The position numbers and the translations under genes were made by a program. Under the pieces are notes generated by a model. That model saw only the letters and a program-made list of their open reading frames with translations. It was not told the origin of the DNA and ran no database searches. Below are positions 6,403 to 15,140 of a stretch of DNA of 24,000 nt, one piece after another. Origin of the DNA: an uncultured archaeon (lineage in GTDB: Archaea > Thermoproteota > Nitrososphaeria_A > Caldarchaeales > Calditenuaceae); assembly GCA_937921685.1 (NCBI GenBank), contig CAKZUF010000014.1:4219-28218 (forward strand), given 5' to 3'. The stretch's first letter is position 1; each line of letters starts with the position of its first letter.

Positions 6403-8748
6403 CTACCCCTCTTCTACTATGTTGTGCATTGCTACTAGGTCTTCCCTGAAGGGTGATAGTTCTTCTGGCACGCTTATCCTTATCGGCTCCCTCAGCGAGA
6501 GGTTCATCTCCTTCTTTCGACGCCAGACATCACTGTTGAAGAAGACTAGCCGCTCGGTGTATTTTGTGTAGGATTTGTCCCACCTAGGCCTCGGGAACCT
6601 CTCTAAGTGTATGGACCTCTCGGAGTACAGGGTCCGCCAGATATAGTCTGTTACGAAGGGTGTTATCGGTGCCAGTAGCAGGAGGCAAGACTTTAGCACA
6701 GTGTGTAGGGTGTACCACGCGGCCCTTGCCCCCTGCCCGTTCGACGTCCTGCCGAGGGCCCTCATCTTAGTCATCTCCACATAGTGGCTGGCGAAAAGGT
6801 TCCAGAGAAAGTTTCTGACCTTCGTGGCAGGGATGAAAAAGTTGTACTCCTTGTACCCATTCAACACCTCTCCAATCAACGCCGAGAGCTCCGATAGTAT
6901 CCACCTATCAGAGGGCAGAAGCCTCGCTCCCTTGGGTTGGGGGAACTGTGAAACATATCTCGCAACGTTCCAGAGCTTGGTTAAGAATTTGCCGGCGGCC
7001 TGTATCCGGGCCTCCGATATCCTGAAGTCGTAGCCGAGGCTCGCCTCCTGCGCACACCAGAACCGGAAGATATCAGCACCATACTTCTCGAGTACTGGGC
7101 GTGGGTCAATTACGTTCCCCTTACTCTTACTCATCTTCTCGCCCTTCTCATCAAGCCCCATTCCACTGACCCACACGCTCTTGAAGGGCGGTCTCCCCGT
7201 CAGCTGATAACACCTTAGGAGGGTATAGTATAGCCAAGTCCTCACTATGTCCTTCCCCTGAGGCCTGAGGGCTACGGGGTATGCGCGGCGGAAGAACTTC
7301 TCATCTCTCATGTATCCGGAGATGAATAGAGGGGAGATGCTAGAGTCAACCCACGTGTCGAGTGTCCTCTCCTCACCCTCGAACTCTCCGCCACCACATT
7401 TCTCGCACCTGCTGAAGGGCGGACTCTCCTTCCACGGCCGATAATACTTGCCGGGAGGTGGTAGGTTTGGCCAGCCACAAGACTTACAATACCAGATAGG
7501 TATCTCGGTCGCGTAGTATCTACGCCTGGAGATCGGCCAGTCAAATTTCAAGGAGTTTATCCAGTCGACGAGTAGCTGTCTATGGAACTCGGGATAAAAG
7601 GTCATCCTCGAGCCTGCATCCAGCAGCTCCTCCCTCAAACTCAACTGTGTCAAGTAATACTCCTCCATAGGTATGATCTCTATGGGCGTGTTCGACCGCT
7701 CGCATATCGGCACCTGGTGCATGATCTTCTCAACTTTTACGACCCGGCCCTCGCTAGACAACAGCTCAACAATTCTACGCCTTGCCTCCTCGACAGTCAT
7801 CCCTTTCAGCGGCCCCGCAGCCTCAAGCATGCGGCCATCCAACCCTATCAGGATGACCTCTTCAAGACCCAGCTCCCGGAATAGCTGGACATCCGTCCTA
7901 TCGCCATAGCTGCAGACCATCACGAGCCCTGTCCCAAACTCTGGCCTCGCGGCGCTGTGCGCAATTATCGGAACCTCTCTGCCATAGATGGGGACAACCG
8001 CCCTTTGACCATCGAGGTGCTGGTACCTCTCGTCTGAGGAGTTGTATATGACTGCCCTGCATGCTCCAAGGAGCTCTGGACGGGTGCTCGCCACGACTAT
8101 CTCTCCACCATCGGCGAGGTCGAAGCGCATGTAGACGAGGTCTGTCGGCATCTCGGCATAATCCACTTCGGCGTCAGCTATTGTCGTCCCGCAGTCAGGG
8201 CAGAAGTTGTTCGGTCTGGAGGCCCTGTAAATCAGCCCCTTCCTAAATAGTTCAATAAACGTGGCCTGGGTAAGGGACCTGTACTCCTCAGAGTCTGTCC
8301 TATACTTGTTTTCGAAGTCTCCAGAAAGGCCTGCCCTCTTCATGATCCAGAGCATCTCGGCCTCGAGCTGGTCAAGGGTCTGGGAGCAGATGCGAATAAA
8401 CTCCTCGCGTGGTAGGCTAGTCAGCCTTATCTTCATCTCCCGCTCCACAAACCTCTCCACTGGTATGCCGTTTCTATCAATACCTATTGGGAAGTAGACT
8501 TCATATCCCATCATCCGGGCGGTCCTCGCTATCATGTCTATCTGGGTGTAGTGTGCAGCGGCACCTATGTGCCAAGGCCTACCTGAGGGATATGGTGGGG
8601 GTGTGTCGATCAGGAATAACCTCCTCCTCGAATCCTTCCTGAAGACGTAAAGTTTCTCAGAATCCCATCTGGCGAGGAGCTCCTCCTCCAGCTTGGGCTC
8701 CCACCGCGTCTCCCTCAACTTGGGCTCAAGCTTAATAGTCTCCGACAC
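6403..8748 (-). CDS. valS: valine--tRNA ligase (class I aaRS with editing domain)
   Basis: KMSKS motif (KMSKSKGN), HIGH-region PPPYPSGRPWHIGAAAHY, editing-domain block GTGLVMVCSYGDRTD, DTWVDSSISP, RPQGKDIVRTWLYYT. 781 aa. The ValRS versus Ile/Leu assignment was made by eye. Confidence 0.72.
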   Translation of the reverse strand: MSETIKLEPKLRETRWEPKLEEELLARWDSEKLYVFRKDSRRRLFLIDTPPPYPSGRPWHIGAAAHYTQIDMIARTARMMGYEVYFPIGIDRNGIPVERFVEREMKIRLTSLPREEFIRICSQTLDQLEAEMLWIMKRAGLSGDFENKYRTDSEEYRSLTQATFIELFRKGLIYRASRPNNFCPDCGTTIADAEVDYAEMPTDLVYMRFDLADGGEIVVASTRPELLGACRAVIYNSSDERYQHLDGQRAVVPIYGREVPIIAHSAARPEFGTGLVMVCSYGDRTDVQLFRELGLEEVILIGLDGRMLEAAGPLKGMTVEEARRRIVELLSSEGRVVKVEKIMHQVPICERSNTPIEIIPMEEYYLTQLSLREELLDAGSRMTFYPEFHRQLLVDWINSLKFDWPISRRRYYATEIPIWYCKSCGWPNLPPPGKYYRPWKESPPFSRCEKCGGGEFEGEERTLDTWVDSSISPLFISGYMRDEKFFRRAYPVALRPQGKDIVRTWLYYTLLRCYQLTGRPPFKSVWVSGMGLDEKGEKMSKSKGNVIDPRPVLEKYGADIFRFWCAQEASLGYDFRISEARIQAAGKFLTKLWNVARYVSQFPQPKGARLLPSDRWILSELSALIGEVLNGYKEYNFFIPATKVRNFLWNLFASHYVEMTKMRALGRTSNGQGARAAWYTLHTVLKSCLLLLAPITPFVTDYIWRTLYSERSIHLERFPRPRWDKSYTKYTERLVFFNSDVWRRKKEMNLSLREPIRISVPEELSPFREDLVAMHNIVEEG

Positions 8749-8762
8749 CAGAGCCGAGTTAT

Positions 8763-9134
8763 CTATGGGGACATAAATATCTGATGTATTGTTCTTAGCC
8801 CTCTCCTGTATTTCAGCGTCTTCCTAAGCCTCAACCTTGCCGTATTGTCCAATCTTAGAAGGCTTGAGAACCTCTCCTCTAACCTTTTTAAAATACTTTC
8901 ACCCTCCCTATCCAAGTCGAGCAGCGTTATCAGCCTCAAACCACCCAGGTCGTTTTTCACAGCCCTATAGAGCTCGTGTAGTGTCAGAATCCTCCCCCTA
9001 ACACCCCTCATAAGGAGGGCCTCCCGGTCGCTTACACCCTCCACCAGTATGCCAGCACCCCTATCACACTCTTCATTGATGTACCTGATGATCTCCTCGA
9101 TTTCCTCGTCTTCGCGCCCCCTTAAAATCTTCAT
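8763..9134 (-). CDS. small Toprim-domain protein
   Basis: Conserved Glu context ILVEGVSDREAL and DxD motif LLDLDREG, in 123 aa. Its stop lies 14 nt before the valS start, so it is probably co-transcribed with valS. Confidence 0.55.
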   Translation of the reverse strand: MKILRGREDEEIEEIIRYINEECDRGAGILVEGVSDREALLMRGVRGRILTLHELYRAVKNDLGGLRLITLLDLDREGESILKRLEERFSSLLRLDNTARLRLRKTLKYRRGLRTIHQIFMSP

Positions 9135-9247
9135 TATCCGACAAAATGTAGACGCCGCACCTATTTAGCATTATCATTTTCTGCAACAGAAACCCCCTTT
9201 CTTCCATGGAGAGTCATTACACGATATTAATCACCGTATTACGAAGC

Positions 9248-9255
9248 TTTATTTG
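9248..9255 (+). promoter_or_regulatory. TATA-like box upstream of the RHH-ftsZ pair
   Basis: TTTATTTG lies about 40 nt upstream of GTG 9293. The predicted TSS would leave a short leader containing GAGGTG (9280-9285) as the SD. Confidence 0.35.
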
Positions 9256-9292
9256 AGATTCACTTTCAGATGCCTCTCCGAGGTGTGGTGAA

Positions 9293-9439
9293 GTGAAGGT
9301 TGTGACTGTTCACCTCCCTGAAGCATACCTTGAAGCTATAGATGAGCTGGTCAAGAAGCGGCTGTACCCGAACAGGGCAGAGGCCATCCGCATGGCGGTC
9401 CGCGACTTCATTAAGGAGGAGGCTAGGTCTAGTGAGTAG
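9293..9439 (+). CDS. ribbon-helix-helix (CopG family) small DNA-binding protein, CdrS-like
   Basis: Not in the ORF track (48 aa). GTG start preceded by GAGGTG. Translation: [48 protein letters not shown]. This gives a beta-strand (VVTVHLP), helix 1 (AYLEAIDELV) and helix 2 (NRAEAIRMAVRDFI), the classic RHH layout. Confidence 0.75.
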   Translation: MKVVTVHLPEAYLEAIDELVKKRLYPNRAEAIRMAVRDFIKEEARSSE

Positions 9440-10598
9440 CCAGGAAGCCTCTCAGGGCTTTGAGGATGGTTTCGGCGTCAAGATCAAGCTAATCGGCTTA
9501 GGCGGTGCTGGAAGCAATACTGTTCATAGGCTCGTCTCCTCGGGGCTATACGGGGCGACGGCAATCGCGGCAAACACGGACAGGCAGCACCTAGACACAG
9601 TAAACGCTCACCACAAAATCCTCCTTGGCCCCAAGACTACAAAAGACCACGGCGCGGGTGGAAACCCCGAGGTAGGGAAGCTAGCCGCTGAAGAAAGCAT
9701 AGAAGAGATTAGAAGGGCCTTGGAGGGCTCCGACCTCGTCTTTATCGCCGCCGGTCTTGGCGGGGGGACTGGGACTGGCGCAGCACCAGTCTGTGCCAGG
9801 GTTGCGAGAGAGCTTGGAGCAATAGTCGTGGGTGTCGTAACTATGCCCTTCAGGTTTGAGGGTGGGGTTCGAAAGAGGATCGCCCTAAAAGGCCTCTCAG
9901 AGCTTCAGCAATTCGTAAACACGGTCGTCGTGGTCGACAACAACAGGCTACTCGAACTATACCCCCAGTATAATCTAAAGACCGCCTTCGCCCTCGCGGA
10001 CGAGGTCATCAACAACATGATACTGAGCATAACGGAGTCAATAGTAAAGCCAAGCCTCATAAACATCGACTTCGAAGACTTTAAGACAGTAGTCTCTAGG
10101 GGCCGGCTTGCAACCCTCGGGATAGGAAGAAGCAGCTCGCCCAACAGGGCTGAAGAAGCCACATTCAACGCCCTCCAATCACCACTCTTTGAGGGTAGTG
10201 TAGGCCTCGAGGGAGTATCCGCCGCAATAGTCCACGTCACGGGCGGGGAGGACATGAAGCTGAAAGAAGCCTCAAGGCCGCCTGAGATAATCTATGAGCT
10301 AATGGGAGACGATGGCCTAATAGTCTGGGGGGCGAGGGTCGACAACTACTACAACTCGACAATCCAAGTATCGCTAATACTCGCCGGGCTAGAGACCGAG
10401 AGCTACATCCGTGAGATGGAGGCATCCGTACAGACAATCGATGAGCGCTTCTTCAAACGAGAGCCTCCACAGGACCTACCCCAAAGGAAGGAGGCCACAG
10501 AGCCTCTCACAGCCCACTCGAAAGAAGAGGACGAGCTCGACAAAATAATATCAGAACTCGGCATAAAGAGGCTCAAAACAGAGAGAGCAACAATCTAA
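9432..10598 (+). CDS. ftsZ: cell division GTPase FtsZ
   Basis: [17 protein letters not shown], tubulin signature [14 protein letters not shown]7-like INIDFEDF, C-terminal peptide [12 protein letters not shown]. Start placed at GTG 9432, which overlaps the RHH stop (GTGAGTAG). The track start at 9342 adds an Arg/Ser-rich non-homologous extension. Confidence 0.85.
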   Translation: MSSQEASQGFEDGFGVKIKLIGLGGAGSNTVHRLVSSGLYGATAIAANTDRQHLDTVNAHHKILLGPKTTKDHGAGGNPEVGKLAAEESIEEIRRALEGSDLVFIAAGLGGGTGTGAAPVCARVARELGAIVVGVVTMPFRFEGGVRKRIALKGLSELQQFVNTVVVVDNNRLLELYPQYNLKTAFALADEVINNMILSITESIVKPSLINIDFEDFKTVVSRGRLATLGIGRSSSPNRAEEATFNALQSPLFEGSVGLEGVSAAIVHVTGGEDMKLKEASRPPEIIYELMGDDGLIVWGARVDNYYNSTIQVSLILAGLETESYIREMEASVQTIDERFFKREPPQDLPQRKEATEPLTAHSKEEDELDKIISELGIKRLKTERATI

Positions 10599-10610
10599 CA
10601 TCCATATTCG

Positions 10611-11501
10611 TCACAGCAACTTGTACAATATTTTAAACTTGATATATTCCCATAGGAGGGTCCTAAAGAACTCCCTAAACGCCCCCCTCGGGTAAACAAC
10701 ATCACTTACCCCCTTCTCACTCATCTCATACTCCAAACCCCTTATGACAGCTACTGGAATCCCCTCACCTGTTTGGCCGAAGACAAGATTAGCTGCTGCC
10801 GAGACCAGATCCGTTAAATCATCAACACCACCAAACTTCGGCTTACCATAAAGGTCTCTACCCGCAAACTTTCTCGAAACAGGCTGTATGCCTGAGGAGC
10901 CTATAGCAATATCAACTGTTCCAAACTTATCCAATTTCCACTCTGTGTCTGCAATGACGACGGCAACATCCCTCCCCGTCAGCTCCTTTATCCTTATCCT
11001 TATACGCCTAGCCGACTCATCCGGGTCTTTAGGAATAGACGTGCAGTGTCCGGGTGGGGAGTTTGAGAAATCTATGCCTCCCCAGGTGAGAAGCCTATTA
11101 GACACATCAATTAGGAAGAGATAGGGGTGCTCGCCTATGACTTTTCGAGCATCCTCCCTATCAGCAGCATAATCCTCATACAGGTGTCCATATTTCTCTG
11201 CAAGTTTTTCGATCGGTACTACTGCCTTTATCTCTCCGGCCCTGAGGTACAGCTCCATAGCTGCTGGATGTGTCTTATAGATTCTCGACAATCGGTAGGC
11301 CTTTCGGGAGGGCTTCACATCGCTTAAGTTATAGGTTTGCCCCTCAGCCTTTGAAACTATCTTCGATGTAATTACAATAACGTCACGATCTGTAATACCA
11401 CCCAATTGGTTCTGAGCCTCCCTAACAATCAGCTCCGCAATATCAATCCCATATTCGATCTCCTCACTAATCCTTAACCCATAAATCTCCACCTTCTTCA
11501 T
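10611..11501 (-). CDS. cofE: coenzyme F420-0:L-glutamate ligase (CofE family)
   Basis: ITSKIVSKAEG, GIDFSN, DESARRIRIRIKELTGRDVAVVIADTE, GRDLYGKP, GEGIPVAVIRGL. These are collinear with archaeal CofE as I recall it. At 296 aa it is somewhat longer than typical. Confidence 0.72.
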   Translation of the reverse strand: MKKVEIYGLRISEEIEYGIDIAELIVREAQNQLGGITDRDVIVITSKIVSKAEGQTYNLSDVKPSRKAYRLSRIYKTHPAAMELYLRAGEIKAVVPIEKLAEKYGHLYEDYAADREDARKVIGEHPYLFLIDVSNRLLTWGGIDFSNSPPGHCTSIPKDPDESARRIRIRIKELTGRDVAVVIADTEWKLDKFGTVDIAIGSSGIQPVSRKFAGRDLYGKPKFGGVDDLTDLVSAAANLVFGQTGEGIPVAVIRGLEYEMSEKGVSDVVYPRGAFREFFRTLLWEYIKFKILYKLL

Positions 11502-11539
11502 ATTATAATTCCAAGTCGAGATTATGAATTAGAAATAAA

Positions 11540-11577
11540 AATCTTCTCTTATTTACTGAAACAAATAAGAGAAGATT
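11540..11577 (-). terminator. perfect 15-bp hairpin followed by a T-run (on the minus strand) downstream of metG
   Basis: AATCTTCTCTTATTT (11540-54), 8-nt loop, AAATAAGAGAAGATT (11563-77). On the minus strand it is followed by TTTATTTCT. It starts 18 nt after the metG stop. Confidence 0.5.
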
Positions 11578-11594
11578 ATTTTCTCTCTCAGCTT

Positions 11595-13277
11595 TTATGC
11601 TGTTGTATGTAGCTTTTCCTTCCTTTTGAGTATGTCCTGCTCATCCACTTTCTTGAATAGGGGTGTAGGTCTTGTGATTTGGGTGTTTGGCTTGATCAGG
11701 ATATTCCCTATTTTTTTCCAGCTACCGGTTGTGTTGAGTCCCATGCCTATTGTCTCTCGGAGGCGGTTTGCTGTATCTGGTGTAAAGATTTCTAGGAAGA
11801 TTGTTAGGGCGGCGACGACTTGGGATGCCACGTAGAGTGTTGTGGCTGCCTTCTGGGGGTCTTTCTTCTGCAGCTTCCATGGCTCCTTAAGGTTGAGGTA
11901 ACTGTTTGCCTCCTTAACTAGCGTGAGCACCTCTATCAGTGATTGTCTCTCCCTGACCTCGCCCATCAGCTCGTCTATCCTGTCTCTGGTCTCGGCGATT
12001 TTGGCGAGGACTCTCCTATCATCGTCGTCTAATCCGTGAGGCTCGGGGACTCTGCCGCCGAAGTTTTGGTAGACGAATGTCAAGACCCTGTGAATATAGT
12101 TTCCTATATCGTCGTTGAGGTCGCTGTTTACCGTGGATACGAAGTCCTGCCACTTGAAGTTTGTGTCGCTGGTCTCGGGCCTTATCTTGACTAGGTAGTA
12201 TCTCCAGTAGTCGCTTGGCAGTATCTCTAGCGCCTCATCAAGCCATACTCCAATCCTCTTACTCTTGGAGAATTTCTGGCCCTCAAATGTTAGGTACTCC
12301 GTAGCCGAGACGTTCCAGGGCAGGACAAAGCCCTCCCCATGCGCCAAAAGGAGAGCAGGTAGGATTATGGTGTGGAATGGTATGTTATCCTTCCCTATGA
12401 AGAAGACTGTTCGTGTCCGCTTGTCCAGCCAGTATCTCTCCCAGAGGCTCGGATCCCCCCTAGATATTCCAAGCTCTACCGTTGCGGAGATGTAGCCCAG
12501 AACCGCCTCGAACCAGACGTAGATTGTTTTTCCATCCGCTCCGGGGAAGGGTGCCGGGATTCCCCACTTATTGTCGCGGGTTACAGCCCGTGGGCGCAGC
12601 CCCTCCTCTATCCAGCTCATGCTGAAGGCCCTGACCCGCTCATGCATGTGTTGGTTTGAGGCGAGCCAGTTTCTGATGGGATCAGCTAGCTGGGGTAGGT
12701 CGAGGAACCAGTGTCGTGTGGTTTTGACTACGGGTGTTGAGCCGCAGATTGCACACACCGGGTTTTTGAGGTCTAGCGGGTCTAGAACTCTTCCACAGGC
12801 CTCACATTGATCCCCCCTCGCATAGTTGTATCCGCAGTGTGGGCAAGTCCCCAGCACGAATCTGTCCGGCAGAAATCTTCTGCAATTCTCGCAGTAGAGC
12901 TGGTCAATTTCCCTCTCGAAGATGTAGCCGTTCTCATATACTCGCTTGAAGAAATCTTGGCAGAATGATATGTGTATTGGGTTGTGCGTCCTAGTGTAGT
13001 TGTCAAACGAGAGGCTGAATCTCTTAAAAATTTCCACGACTCTCGTGTGGAATCTATCGGTCAGGGTTTTCGGGTCTACTCCCTGCTTAGCCGCCTCGAC
13101 CTCTATTGGCGTGCCATGTTCGTCTGAGCCGCTGACAAAGAGGACGTCTTCGCCTCTCAGCCTCAGATACCTCGCATAGACGTCGGCTGATAGCTCGGAC
13201 CCTATGAGATTACCAATATGTGGGATCCCGTGGATATACGGCCAAGCGCCCCCGACAACCCACTTGCCGAGCTCTAC
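11595..13277 (-). CDS. metG: methionine--tRNA ligase (catalytic core plus anticodon-binding domain, no C-terminal tRNA-binding domain)
   Basis: The track ORF (start 13037) lacks the HIGH region. The same frame is open up to 13277 and encodes GKWVVGGAWPYIHGIPHIGNLIGSELSADVYARYLRLRGEDVLFVSGSDEHGTPIEVE, a typical crenarchaeal-type MetRS N-terminus. Also Zn knuckle CPHCGY...CEACG and KFSKS. No canonical start codon upstream of 13037 (see findings). Confidence 0.85.
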   Translation of the reverse strand, partial: VELGKWVVGGAWPYIHGIPHIGNLIGSELSADVYARYLRLRGEDVLFVSGSDEHGTPIEVEAAKQGVDPKTLTDRFHTRVVEIFKRFSLSFDNYTRTHNPIHISFCQDFFKRVYENGYIFEREIDQLYCENCRRFLPDRFVLGTCPHCGYNYARGDQCEACGRVLDPLDLKNPVCAICGSTPVVKTTRHWFLDLPQLADPIRNWLASNQHMHERVRAFSMSWIEEGLRPRAVTRDNKWGIPAPFPGADGKTIYVWFEAVLGYISATVELGISRGDPSLWERYWLDKRTRTVFFIGKDNIPFHTIILPALLLAHGEGFVLPWNVSATEYLTFEGQKFSKSKRIGVWLDEALEILPSDYWRYYLVKIRPETSDTNFKWQDFVSTVNSDLNDDIGNYIHRVLTFVYQNFGGRVPEPHGLDDDDRRVLAKIAETRDRIDELMGEVRERQSLIEVLTLVKEANSYLNLKEPWKLQKKDPQKAATTLYVASQVVAALTIFLEIFTPDTANRLRETIGMGLNTTGSWKKIGNILIKPNTQITRPTPLFKKVDEQDILKRKEKLHTTA

Positions 13278-13364
13278 TCACCTACCCTATGATGCAGACC
13301 CGCCCTCCCTCTATTAAATTTAATCCGGCTCTAGACGCGGCGGCAAAAAGCCCCTAAACATGGC

Positions 13365-13637
13365 CTATTTCAACTTGAGGAGTAGAAGGAGGGCGACGGC
13401 TAGGACGGCTTGCCATATGGCTAAATCGATAGCGAGTGTTGTAAGGTCTACGCTCCAGAAATCGGCTGGCCCGGCGAATGTGGATAACGTATGCGTCGCC
13501 CAGCTGAGGGGGAGGCCGTGAACGTCGTGGACGAAGTCAGGCCACTCACGCCTAAACCCCCACACCAAGCCGAGGATGGAGCCGAAAGACCAGACCGCTA
13601 AGACCGCTAAAACACGCCCAACTACGGACATACACAT
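13365..13637 (-). CDS. small hypothetical membrane protein (two predicted TM helices)
   Basis: 90-aa ORF with hydrophobic N- and C-terminal segments (VLAVLAVWSFGSILGLVWG; AIWQAVLAVALLLLL). No recognisable family. Confidence 0.4.
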   Translation of the reverse strand: MCMSVVGRVLAVLAVWSFGSILGLVWGFRREWPDFVHDVHGLPLSWATHTLSTFAGPADFWSVDLTTLAIDLAIWQAVLAVALLLLLKLK

Positions 13638-13726
13638 AAACCTAGAGGTGCATTATATTAACAAATGCCAGAGAGGAGACTTCCCGTCCCACCAATCAGG
13701 ATTCGATCTTTTCCAGGGTTGTTACG

Positions 13727-13736
13727 TTTAAATTAA
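13727..13736 (+). promoter_or_regulatory. TATA box for tRNA-Lys
   Basis: TTTAAATTAA is centred about 26 nt upstream of tRNA position 1 (13757), the canonical archaeal TATA-to-TSS distance. Confidence 0.5.
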
Positions 13737-13756
13737 TCGTGAGGGTCCATCTGATT

Positions 13757-13859
13757 GGGCCCGTAGCTCAGGCAGGTAGAGCGGCCGGCTCTTAACCGGG
13801 AAGTCGGCCACTGGTAGGGAGAAACCGGTAGGTCGAGGGTTCAAATCCCTCCGGGCCCG
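13757..13859 (+). tRNA. tRNA-Lys(CUU) with a 29-nt intron at the canonical 37/38 position (13795-13823)
   Basis: Acceptor GGGCCCG/CGGGCCC, D arm GCUC-AGGCAGGUA-GAGC, anticodon stem GCCGG/CCGGU, loop CUCUUA|A, T arm GAGGG-UUCAAAU-CCCUC, discriminator G, no encoded CCA. Mature length 74 nt. A 4-bp helix 13789-92/13818-21 and the AAA bulge form the 3' half of a BHB. Confidence 0.85.
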
Positions 13860-13953
13860 GGACTTAACTACAGGGATACATGCTAGTGTGTTTTGCTGCG
13901 CAACTTAATATTTATGGAATTTCCAGATATACGCTGGAGTAGGGTGCTGAATT

Positions 13954-14412
13954 ATGACTAGGAAGATTGTTGAGGAGGTTGTCAAGCTGATAAGTAGTCC
14001 CAGCACAACTGGCCTCGCCACCCTTAGGCATTATCCCATGGAGAGGAGGATCTATCAGAAGTTCGGGTCATGTGGGTTTAGCTTAGAGATCTTACAGTCT
14101 GAAGGTGGGAAGAAGCGGAGGGTCTATGTGCTTGTGGAAGCTCAGGCGCGGGGGGCGGGGCGTGGCCGGAAGACGGGCTACGAGAAGGTGGGAGGAGTCG
14201 TTAGATGTGTGATAGCGGAGGATGTTAATGGTGAGCTGAAATACAGGGTCCTGAGGGGGCGTTACAGAAACATGGCCGAGCTCTTCAAGAGTGTCGAAGA
14301 AGTGAGGAGTGCGTTTTATGATAAGTATAGGGCCCTTAAACCTGGGGTGGCCGAGAAGGAGATCTTCCACGCCGCGGGAATCCCTGACGATGAGCTCCTG
14401 CTCGGAGTATAG
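13954..14412 (+). CDS. hypothetical protein (152 aa), no family recognised
   Basis: ATG preceded by GGAGTAGGGTG. Basic, charged composition with an RGAGRGRK stretch. No motif I can name. Confidence 0.5.
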   Translation: MTRKIVEEVVKLISSPSTTGLATLRHYPMERRIYQKFGSCGFSLEILQSEGGKKRRVYVLVEAQARGAGRGRKTGYEKVGGVVRCVIAEDVNGELKYRVLRGRYRNMAELFKSVEEVRSAFYDKYRALKPGVAEKEIFHAAGIPDDELLLGV

Positions 14413-14475
14413 AATTAGGAGAAAAATTGTAGATGTAAATAATTATTCAGGTTGTTTATCTGGGCGTGTCCTCTT

Positions 14476-15006
14476 TTAGCCTGTAAGGGGCGTGAGCTGG
14501 CCTCTTATCTCTCCTGCCGGGAACCTTGCGGTATGCACATTTACATAGGCGGCGCCAGCCCTTATCGCTTCTATCACAGAGTCGAGGTCGCCTGCGTTCA
14601 GCCCCTGCCCCGTTATCGCCTGTACATCAGAGGCTGTTAATGTCCCTGTGACTCTACCATGTGAGCTTGGGCATGCAGGTTTGGGGCCTCCGCAGAGCCA
14701 TACTGCTACACCTCCGACATGGCCGTCCTTACCTATGTGTATGTGTGCCATAGATACATCGGCGAGGCCAAAGTAGACAAGCTCGTAAGATATGCTTCTT
14801 CCATCCTCAGATATCCTTACAGTTGCCCAGCCGACACCTCCCGAGACAATGGATGGGACCTCGTTAAAGCCTGAAAGTGTGGCTGTGAAGAGTCTCGCAC
14901 CAGAGGAGGCCGGTACGATTACTGTAAAAACTAGAGCCGTCGCGACAGCTATGGTCAATATCGATAAAATCAATAGAGCTGCTAAACTGGTTGTTATTCT
15001 CGCCAT
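14476..15006 (-). CDS. CHRD-domain protein with N-terminal signal/anchor
   Basis: N-terminal hydrophobic helix (LAALLILSILTIAVATALV). CHRD hallmarks LSGFNEVP, AHIHIGKDGHVGGV, YVNVHTARFPAGEIRGQL. Confidence 0.75.
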   Translation of the reverse strand: MARITTSLAALLILSILTIAVATALVFTVIVPASSGARLFTATLSGFNEVPSIVSGGVGWATVRISEDGRSISYELVYFGLADVSMAHIHIGKDGHVGGVAVWLCGGPKPACPSSHGRVTGTLTASDVQAITGQGLNAGDLDSVIEAIRAGAAYVNVHTARFPAGEIRGQLTPLTG

Positions 15007-15140
15007 GACGTCCCTGCCGTGGCGATGTTATATATTATTTCACTACCTACTCCATATTGGTGTCGTAATACCGTGGCATCCTTGGCTGTCTGGGAGGGAG
15101 AAATCCTTTATTTTTGGATGGGTGTCGTTGGGTCTTCGGG

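Noticed and set aside
9342-9431. N-terminal extension of the ftsZ ORF (MSWSRSGCTRTGQRPSAWRSATSLRRRLG...).
   Set aside because: It is Arg/Ser-rich with no FtsZ homology, and it overlaps the well-formed RHH ORF in another frame. GTG 9432 gives a normal FtsZ N-terminus.
13757-14475. Possible integrated element using tRNA-Lys as the attachment site.
   Set aside because: By eye I found no integrase, no phage or plasmid gene and no direct repeat of the tRNA 3' end downstream. A program-based repeat search would be needed to be sure.
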